Positions 49,701-64,000 of a DNA stretch of 64,000 nucleotides are shown piece after piece. The stretch comes from Zootoca vivipara (lineage: Eukaryota). A model generated the notes under the pieces. The model was given only the letters and a program-made list of their open reading frames with translations, did not search any database and was not told the DNA's origin. The stretch is from NCBI RefSeq assembly GCF_963506605.1, contig NC_083276.1, positions 80,290,001-80,354,000 of the forward strand, read 5' to 3'. The position numbers and the translations under genes are program-made. Position 1 is the first letter of the stretch, and every line of letters starts with the position of its first letter.

Positions 49701-52700
49701 AGCAAGAGAAACTAAGAAGCATGATTAGGAACATTACATCTCTGCCAGGGTGGAGCCAGATGGATTTATGAAAGGTATTGTGCATTTTTTTCTTGAACAT
49801 CTGTGTGATCCTCTGATATCATAAAGGTTCTTCCCCATATATCCCAGTCTTTCAGAACATGGCATACTGATGTCCCACAGTGATATAATGTTCGGTGGAG
49901 ATACACCAGATTAAGCTTCAATGTTCTGCTGTCATATTTGGAGTGTGAAGCTACTGTCCCCAGTAGCTGATTGGTGCCATGTTTTTTTATAGTGTGTGAT
50001 TTATTATATACATTTCAAGCCATATGCTCTGTTTTCTTTTTCTTTCTTTTTTACATACTGCACCTACTCTTAGCTTGTGGCATACTAGTCTGGACAGCAT
50101 GTGCTCGACTGCTGAACCATCCTGCCTAGGGTGTTGGAAAAGATGAGTTTTTCTAAAGCTGATCTAATATGTAAAATGTGATGAGTTTTATCAAACTACA
50201 TATAATCTAAACTTCTAGGCATCACGATAAACATTAAATGGTACAGTAGCTTTCCAAAATGAAGCATGCTTCCAAATTCTGTTCTCAACTTAGAGGTATC
50301 TAGATGATCTGGTATTTTACAGGCCACATTTATGTAAATTTGCATAGTTTTTAATTCTACACAACCCCACTTAACCAATATTCTAACAAGGGAAACTTAC
50401 CAAGACAACGCACAGCAGACCCAGCCACTACACTTAATTCAAGGTAGGATAACCCACCCAAATTGTTCACCATCAAGACTACAGAAGCACCTGAAAGCCA
50501 AAACAAAGTGAGTAAGATTGAAGACACTATACTTAATATGCAAAAGGTGGTGTAAAAAGCTTCTGCATGGCTATTTCTCCACATCTGGGCTAACATCTGG
50601 ATCTACTGATCAATGACTGCCCAATCATACAGTAAATCCCCATTCCAGCAATTGCTGATATTGTAGAAACTCACTCCATGACTGATTTTACAAGCATTTA
50701 TATATATATTGTACTGTATATATATTACAGCTCAGATATAGAAAAACAGTCGTACCTTGGGTTACGAACACCTCGGGTTACGAACTCCGCAAACCCGGAA
50801 GTATTTTCGCTGCGCGTGTGTTCTACACATGCACAAAGTGTGAAAATCGCAGAAATTGTGCTTTGTGCATGCACAAAATCGCACTTTGGGTTACGACCAT
50901 TTCGGGTTACGAACTGCGTCCCAGAACGGATCGTGTTTGTAACCCGAGGTACCACTGTAGCCACAGAAAAAAATATTCCCAGATTCCTCAGAGTAGAAGG
51001 AATAATATATAGGCCAGCCTCAAAATTGTTACTCACCAGACTTGAGTCGCACACGTGAAGCATTGGAGTGACTGGTCATGTGATCCAGCATTATTTTGAC
51101 AACCTGATCTGCTGATGTTATCTGTGAAGAGAACATGTGTAAGGGGGCAGGGTTATATTTCTTCATCAGCAAAAAGGCGACAGGCTACTTACCTTCATCC
51201 TGCGCACACCTGCTTCACCATGGATTCCTACAAAGAGAGCAAGATATCAGATATCAGTTATGGCACCTGCCATGACAATCTTCTTTCTAAATAGAAGATG
51301 ACTGAGTTTAAGGGCACTAATTGATGAAATCCTAGTTGTGCTAGTCAGTGATATATAGTCAGTGAACTACACACAAAAGAAAAATAGTAAAAGAACATAT
51401 CTGTGCCCTGATAGTGTCTGACTGATAATGGATACCCATGCATCACAGGCAATAGCACCTCAGACTGACCCCTAAATAACTCAGAGCATGGACAGAGTCC
51501 CAAAGCAAACGGCATGCAGTCCCAAAGAGACAATGCTCATGAGGACCTTCTAGAGAAGTGGATGGAAACGCATTCCTCACCTAAGCCTAGCTCAAGTTCA
51601 TCATCAGCAATCTGGAAGGTAGGTCTAGATCCAGGAACACTGCAGGGTGATAGACTAATTCCAAGGGTGCCTGTGCAAAAAGAAAATGCCACCTTCCATG
51701 CAGATGTTTCAGCATCAGTACAAGAAAATAGACAAAAGTGTATGTTCCGCTTATGCCCTGGGTTACAATGCACAACTCTAAATGATACTACCGTACAATA
51801 TTGCAATGTAGTTTTGGACTGAAAGGTGCAGTCTTGAGGATCACCTGCTAAACTTATACCAAGCTATTTTGGAATCCCAAGGCATCTGGTTGGGAACTTA
51901 AGGACCACATAGCTGGACAGGTAGGTCTTTGATCTGACCCATCATTGCTCTTCTTAAGTTCTTATACCTCACCTTTTCCTCCAATGACCTGAAGGTGGTG
52001 TACTGTATATGGTTCTCCCCACTTAATCCTCACAACAATCCTGTGTGGGAGGCTAAACTAGGCAATGGTGAATGCTGAGTCCAAATCTAATTATACACTA
52101 ACCACAAAGGTTCAGCCACACAATTGGGGCTCTCTTTCTTTCAGGGATCATTAATTTAAATCTTCAATACATTCACTGCATATCAAAAACATAAACCCTA
52201 TAAAAGACAGCATAAGAAGTTTAGCCAGCATGACCTTGCTAGACTGCTTGATTTGCCATGTGTCAAAGAATAATGTAGCCTTTGGCCAGATGCTTACCTC
52301 CCAAAGAGAGCTACTTAAATACTTACCCATTGAGTGTGCAACAGCAGTAACCTTGCGAGCAATTGCACTCAGACCACAACCTGCCTCAGACAGAGCCCCA
52401 GCGACCTAAACATAAACAACTGTAAGGAAAAATGTTGCTTTGATTTCTCAACAAAAGGATTACAGAAGATTAGCATACATTCCTTCACTTTATACTACAG
52501 GGACAAAGCCAGGTGTGTCAGGACTAAAGGAGAAGAAGAATGGCTGTGTGAAGAATCATGTTTTTATGTGCCTAGGAGTTCATGCACAATATGCAGGGAG
52601 GAATGCCTATGGGCACCTCACACTCTATAACATTCTTAGGCCTCAAAGCATTATTTGCACTTTGGTAATACTACTGTACAGTGGGGTCCTGAGTCAATGA

Positions 52701-55700
52701 CAATGTTGGTTCTGAATTTGGGAATGGATGATTCCTACCTTGTGTATTAACACTGTGCCACATAGTCCTCTCCTGCCAGCCTTCTTCTGTTTGGTAAAGG
52801 CACAGTCGTCACCAATAACCACCATCTCCACAGAAGCGCCTTCTGCCCGTGCTTGTTCCAATGCCAGCCCAAAGTTCAGACGGTCCCCAGTATAGTTCTT
52901 CACTATTAGCAGCGTCCCAACTACAGAAGAGAGAATGGTTTGAATTCTGTGATATTCCTCCCTCAAGAGAGATGTTCATCTACCAAAAATGATGCCATAC
53001 CTGCACCAGCTTGCTTCACAGCCCGAATTGCTGCTAAAATGCTACCCACTGCAGGTGAAGTGAATACTGGACCAGCTACCACTCCAGTGAGCATTCCCTT
53101 CCCGATGTACCCTGAGGAAAGAAGAAAGGCATGGCGGTATTGCATCTGCTTTGGGAGCATCTTGCTCACACTCTAGTTCTGTGGCTGTTTATCTTAACTC
53201 CAATAACTGAATCCTACAACTGCCAGGAGAACTGTGGCACAAAAGTTTTCAGTTCATGATGCCCTCTTCTCTTTGTATTCATGAAATGCCAGTGTTAAGT
53301 GAAGGGGGGGGGGACAGATTGAAGCTCTCTCCCCTAGGCTCAAAGCTCCCATAACGTTGATCCCACTAACCTGCATGTGCAGGCTCATGTCCTGAACCAC
53401 CTCCAGAAATAAGTGCCACTTTGCCCCGCAGATTCTCCAAGTCAGCACGTAATGCCACTCTGTGTCCATGCAGCATTTGGAGATGAGGATTACAAGCCAC
53501 TGTTCCAGCCAATGCATCGTCTGCGCAACCCAGAATTGTGTTCACTAGCTTTTTTGAACCCTAGAATAGGAAAACACAACAAAAGCTTCTCATATGCACA
53601 CCCTTCCGCATGGAGGTAGCTTCTTGTTCATGACTGTCCAACCAGCTTTGGACACTACAAGTGCTTATACCGTAAGCAATTGTACCAGTGATGCATGATT
53701 TTGGTGTAATATCTGAAAAAAGAATTCTTGCAAGAGACACAGGCAAGCTGTGTATAATTCTTGAGCCCATGCATTTCCCATGTCAAACACCTCTGAATAG
53801 CAGAGTGAAAATGCAGAACACAAAAGGAACTAGCACACCCGTTCATTAGTATTTGCAATACCACCTGATATTGCTTTCAAAAAAATATGAAGATAGGATC
53901 ATTCAGCTTCCATGCTTTCTGTCATGCCACAGACAACCATTACATTGTTAGAATTTATTAGCCATCCATGAAAAAACTGTTCCTCCACCTTAGCAAAAAG
54001 AGCAGCAGCTGTGAATCAAAACTGAGTTTTATGTAACAATGAAAGCATAATTTTGACACGTTCACTCTTTGTCTAAAGTTGTACCCTATATATTTTCCAT
54101 TAATGTAGTATTATTATTACTACATTGACTTCCACAAATGTCAACAGGTGTACAAATGCAACAAAAACAGCTAAAAACACATAATATAACAGATAAATGT
54201 AAAAACAATCCAACCAAACATGCAGATAGCAGGTGTCTGTCATAGCCTGACAGGAATTCTGTTCCACAGAGCAGGGGCAGACACACCAGTTACTGTGCTT
54301 CAGAGATCTTTAGAATATGAAGGGAAGTACAGTAGGTAACAATATGTTAGCCATTTAACAGTATGGTCATGCAATTGCAACAGTATTAGTCTGTGACAAC
54401 ATCACTTGACACGTCTCATATTCCCTCCTAGTCCCAAAGAGCTGCACACTCTTAATGGTTGAGAAATACCCACACCCAGTGTTCAGAATGTTATAGATGC
54501 TGCACTTGCTGCTTTTTTTGTTTTCCTTTTAGCTTTGGGAGACGCGGGTGGCACTGTAGGACGTGGGTGGCGCTGTGGGTTAAAACACTGAGCCTCTTGG
54601 GCTTGCTGATCGAAAGGTCGGTGGTTCGAATCCCTGCGATGGGGTGAGCTCCCGTTGCTCGGTCCCTGCTCCTGCCAACCTAGCAGTTCGAAAGCACGTC
54701 AAAGTGCAAGTAGATAAATAGGTACCACTCCGTCGGGAAGGCAAATGGCATTTCCGTGTGCTGCTCTGGTTCGCCAGAAGCGGCTTAGTCATGCTGGCCA
54801 CATGACCCGGAAAAACTGCCTGTGGACAAACATCGGCTCCCTTGGCCAGTAAAGCGAGATGAGCACTGCAACCCCAGAGTCGTTCGTGACTGGACTTAAC
54901 TGTGAGGGGTCCTTTACCTTTTTAGCTTGGGGCTAGAAAGAACAAAACCATGTGTGCAGCTTTCCTAGTGTTGCTTCATGTTTGTGCAGCTGGCTCATTC
55001 TAGCGCAATATCTGGTAGCCACTTCTAAGGCCAGAAGGAAGGTGAAAGGGTTTCTTTATGCAGTCTCCACAGCATTTTTATGTAACAGACCCTGTAGAAG
55101 TAGATATTTCCCTGTAACTCCTGGGTCTTAGACTTAAACCTTTGAAATCATATATACTATGGGCCCCAAAGTCACATCCAGGTAATGCAAAAAGGTTCAA
55201 ATGGTCACAGCTGAGACATAACCCACCAAAAGAAAATGAGAAATTGACAATTTGCTGCCCAGGCAGATGTATCTAGCTCCCTCCTTGCTCACTTTTAGGC
55301 ACCAAGTCAAACTCCTACTGTTAAACTTTAAGCAAACACCTGGCATGGGTAGTAGCCGAGTTTGGACTCTGGTCCTGATTTTCTGCTTCAGTGCACTTAA
55401 TTATCTGCTGAGTCCTCTGACTGCATTATTAATTGATAATTATTAGCCAGTATGCCCTTCAGAGCTATACAAGTGGGAGCTGCCACAAAATGTTGCAGTG
55501 TAGAATATCCCTTTTTAGACTTTCAGCCAGCTATGCCTTCTTTCAGGATACTCAATCTCCCTGTCTGTTTTTATGTCTCCCCGCATCAGTGGGATCCTGT
55601 GGCCACTAATCACATGCTCAGTCCCTCCGTCCTCATTGAGTTGTTTTCCATCACCCCAATATATTTTCTACTTCTGCAAACCTTCAGGTCCCCACCCCAA

Positions 55701-56234
55701 GCATTCTGACACCTCTCTCTTGTTAGCCCCTTTGGCTTCACAGTCATTTGACTAGGCTTCTAACACTGTATATACGTGCTTTATTATTTCTTTGTACCCG
55801 AAGCTGCCCTGAATATTCCCGAGTGAACAGAAAGGCAGAATACAAACACTGCATGGGACCGATACAAAGAGACTGAAGTTTGACTCCCAAGTCACAGGTT
55901 ACCCTGCTTCGGATGCTTTCCCTCATTCCGCAGGGCTTCAGAGACTTAATGGAAGGGACTCTTTCCCTTGCTTTCCAGTGATCCCACAACCGCAGCTGAC
56001 CAAAACCAATTCTCTGCTCTGACTGAGGCAGAAACAGTGCAAGGGCAGCAGTGCTGGATCTGAAGCACAGTTTTCTAGCTCAAGTCCCAAACTCAGCCAT
56101 GGGCCTCATGGGTCAATTGGGGCCACGCTAGCGCCTACCTCACAGGGGTTTTAAGAGGAGCGGGACAGAAACGCAATAACATCCCCCGCCCCCCAGCCTC
56201 ACGGAGACCGGACGTATCTGGGTCTCACCGGCAT
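43728..56234 (-). CDS. TKFC: Triokinase / FMN cyclase (dihydroxyacetone kinase), ~581 aa
   Basis: Exons 56234-56229 (ATG CCG, tentative), 53560-53371, 53111-53001, 52920-52739, 52405-52327, 51670-51581, 51227-51193, 51121-51037, 50490-50401, 49688-49572, 48928-48803, 47986-47849, 47006-46900, 45713-45610, 45462-45429, 44449-44360 and 43889-43728 total 1746 nt. Motifs include [52 protein letters not shown] and DPGA. Confidence 0.95.
45071..45160. mobile_element. 90-bp hAT-type MITE (second copy, inverted)
   Basis: Near-identical reverse complement of 37534-37623; flanking duplication CAAGTG. Confidence 0.85.
47058..47385. mobile_element. PIF/Harbinger-like MITE
   Basis: TIRs GGGCCCCTCCAGAC / GTCTGGAGGGGCCC; flanks TAA / TCA. 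Confidence 0.65.
49190..49310 (+). mobile_element. L2 LINE 3' end
   Basis: ggaagccgcccagagtggctggggaaacccagccagatgggcagggtataaataataaa; same family as 36600-36730. Confidence 0.8.
50747..50957. mobile_element. Tc1/mariner (Tigger-like) MITE
   Basis: TIRs CAGTCGTACCTTGGGTTAC / GTAACCCGAGGTACCACTG followed by TA; related to 16788-16975. Confidence 0.8.
54537..54919 (+). mobile_element. Sauria SINE, full length
   Basis: tRNA-like head (gtggcgctgtgggttaaa...ggttcgaatccc), body ctcctgccaacctagcagttcgaaagcac...ctggccacatgacccgg, (ACCTTT) tail and TSD TTTTAGCTT. Confidence 0.9.
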
Positions 56235-56915
56235 GCTGCCCCTCTGGAGCTGCGACTCCGGGCTACCAAGCTCAGCAGGATGCTCCGAGAGCCTCAGGCC
56301 GAGGCGAGGAGGGACACCTCCTGCTCCTGAGAGAGAGAGAGACGGCGGCCGCTCAGGGGCGAGAGGCGAAGTCGCTTCTGGCTCCCGTGGGGGCCTGTCA
56401 CTACTGCCTTTACGCGCCTCCCTTTTCGAAGGCGAGAGAGACTTCGCCCTGCAATCCAAACTCCGCCAGGCTCACAGCATCAACCACGCGCGCCCTGCCT
56501 GACAAGGGGCGGGGGGAAGAAGCCGATTGGCCGACGGCAGCGCGAGCTCCGGCAGTTGGCGGTAGCGCGCAGGGCCAGTCGCGCTCCGCACGGAGTCAGA
56601 CGGGAGGGGGTGAGGAGAGTCTCTCCGCCCCCTTTTCTTTTCTTTTTTTCGGAGGAGAGTGGTAGGGTTTACTCCCCTCTGACCAGAGGAGGGCGCTGCC
56701 ACTGCCGTGCGCGCCTCGGCAGCCCCTCTCGTCCAATTTCCCGTGGTGCCCGGCGCCACGCGCGGGCGCTCTAGCGCTTGTCTCTCTGGTGCCGGAGGCA
56801 GTGGTGGCCTTTGGAGGGTGTGCTACCCAGCGCTTCCCCTCCTCGTTGTCCTCCTCCTCCTCCTAGCCCCGTCGCCTTCCGCGGGTCTTCAACAGCCCCG
56901 CTCCCGGATACCGCC
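56235..56915. promoter_or_regulatory. TKFC/DDB1 bidirectional CpG island promoter
   Basis: Head-to-head start codons about 680 bp apart; CpG-dense; GC box GGGGCGGGG (~56506); CCAAT boxes (~56526 minus, ~56733 plus). Confidence 0.85.
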
Positions 56916-62245
<5,330 letters not shown>

Positions 62246-62569
62246 TAGACACTTAGAAATAAGCTTGCGGCTTCCTGCAAGCATTTTTTCTAATTTCAGA
62301 AGCCAACTAACTGTGTATACTTCTCGAGAATATTCCCTGTATCTTCTCCTGCAGTCATCTTGTAGCGCCTGCTTCCCATTCTCCTGGTGGGATTCATGTT
62401 GCAGTGGAGCATCTTTCCTACTCACTAATTCTCCATATTTGTTACCTTTTGTGCCCATTACTTTCTTGCAGTAGTTAGCCATATATCTCTGTCCTAGTAG
62501 GATCTTGTTTCAGCCCTGGTAAATTATCTCTAGCCACTGCTCAGGCTTAACGATTCCAGCTGCCTAGAG

Positions 62570-62705
62570 CAGGCATAGGCAACCTTGGCTCTCCAGATGT
62601 TTTGGAACTACAACTCCCATGATCCCTGACCACTGGCCCTGTTAGCTAGGGATCATGGGAGTTGTAGTTCCAAAACATCTGGAGAGCCAAGGTTGCCTAT
62701 GCCTG
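62570..62705. mobile_element. 136-bp palindromic hAT MITE with perfect 58-bp TIRs
   Basis: CAGGCATAGGCAACC...GATCCCT is perfectly inverted at the other end; TSD GCCTAGAG. Confidence 0.92.
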
Positions 62706-63659
62706 GCCTAGAGGTTAAAAAAAAAACACAGTTGCTTCTTGTATAGCAACCATCAGGTACAATGTAATGGGGAAGCTCTGTGCACCAGAGCCTCCAATTT
62801 TCTTGATTAATAGTTCAGCCCAAATGAAATCACATAAATCCTGCAATTCATTGACGTGGCTTATAAGAGCATCGTGTTCTCCCCTCTTGTACAGCTTTGC
62901 AAATGATGACATCCGGAGCATTAGTCACTGTGTTGTTTCTCCTTTCCAAATCTGGCTCCATGACACTGTAATGGCTTTGCTTCTCTCTCTCCCCCCCTCT
63001 CTCTGTCTCTGTTTTAAAAAATGTTTTTAATGGTTTTCAGCTTTGCTTCTCATTTAACAAGAAGTCCAAAAGCAACTTGGCTTTTGAGGCTACAAGAGAG
63101 AAAATGAGCCGCGTGTGTCTGCATCAGCCCTACCCAGTATACTTATAGGGCAAACCTGTAAATTGTAACACATGGCTTGTTTTCCTTGTAGACATAACAT
63201 AATGGCACATTCTGGTGGGTGTGTTAACACAGCATAGTGGAGCATGGAGTCCCTGTAGCTCCTGAATATTTCAGGTGCTTGCTTGTTTTAGGATTTGAAT
63301 GTCTTTACGATTCTATCTCTCTATGGCTTTCTGAGAGAGAAAGAGAGGAGAAGGTTAGAAAGAGAAGCTTGAGACTTAGAAACTCTGTTTGGTTGTTTAC
63401 CAGAGTACATAAAGGCTCAAACTGCCTCCAGTGTCCCCAGGATGCTCTTCAGATTTACCCATGCTTAGGAACATCCCCCCTGAGTGCAAAGATCTGAAGA
63501 AAACCACATGCCCAGGGATATTGTGGGTGGGACTTGTGCATGTGCACCGGGCCATCCCCCAGTTTAACCCTTTGTTTGATCAGGCAACTTCCTAGACAAA
63601 GCTACAGAGCCAACTGGACGTGCAAGTTGATAAGTATCTTAAGGATAGACCAGGATATA

Positions 63660-63828
63660 CTGTATTTTTCCGTGTATAAGACTATATTTCCCCCCTATTT
63701 TTTCAAGTTTAAAATGGAGGGGTCGTCTTATACATGGATAGTGCATATGGGGGGATTTCTTTATTTGGAGTCCCAAAAATTAGGGTGTGTGTTATACACG
63801 GGGGCATGTTATACATGGGAAAATACGG
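63660..63828. mobile_element. Tc1/mariner-type MITE
   Basis: TA|CTGTATTTTTCCGTGTATAA ... TTATACATGGGAAAATACGG|TA. Confidence 0.75.
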
Positions 63829-64000
63829 TAGGTTCACCTGGTAGCTTTGTGAGAGGCCTGCAAAGAATATGTAAACTTAATTTATTTTCTTGCCAGCCTT
63901 TATTTAATGTGGTGTAATAAGGCTGTCCAAAAGTGAATTCAGTTGCAAGATGAAAAACTCATTGTGAAATAAGAGCTGCACTTGTTGCTGCTAATAGATA

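Noticed and set aside
62570-62705. Possible miRNA or structured ncRNA hairpin
   Set aside because: The 8-bp TSD and multiple copies identify it as a MITE.

Overview
Vertebrate nuclear DNA from a squamate reptile, probably a lacertid lizard. This is inferred from the Sauria SINE, Bov-B, CR1, L2 and L1 repeats. The window covers the conserved amniote block TMEM216(-), TMEM138(-), CYB561A3(+), TKFC(-) and the 5' part of DDB1(+). All coding exons of these genes could be spliced by hand into open frames with GT-AG sites. Beyond the known block there is a complete 7-exon, 493-aa, highly divergent fascin-family gene (952-8754, +) lying tail-to-tail with TMEM216. The human locus has no fascin here. 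This gene lacks both known fascin phospho-switch serines and has an RFX X-box-like motif about 95 bp upstream of its ATG. A full-length Bov-B (RTE) LINE with an intact ORF and a 12-bp target-site duplication (TSD) is nested in a CR1 fragment and splits the TMEM138/CYB561A3 CpG-rich promoter region. The TMEM138-TMEM216 spacer is only about 1 kb and contains near-canonical X-boxes. Several young hAT, Tc1/mariner and Harbinger-type MITEs retain TSDs, and one hAT family carries paired ZNF143/THAP11-like motifs. Exon coordinates were read manually and are untested against transcripts.
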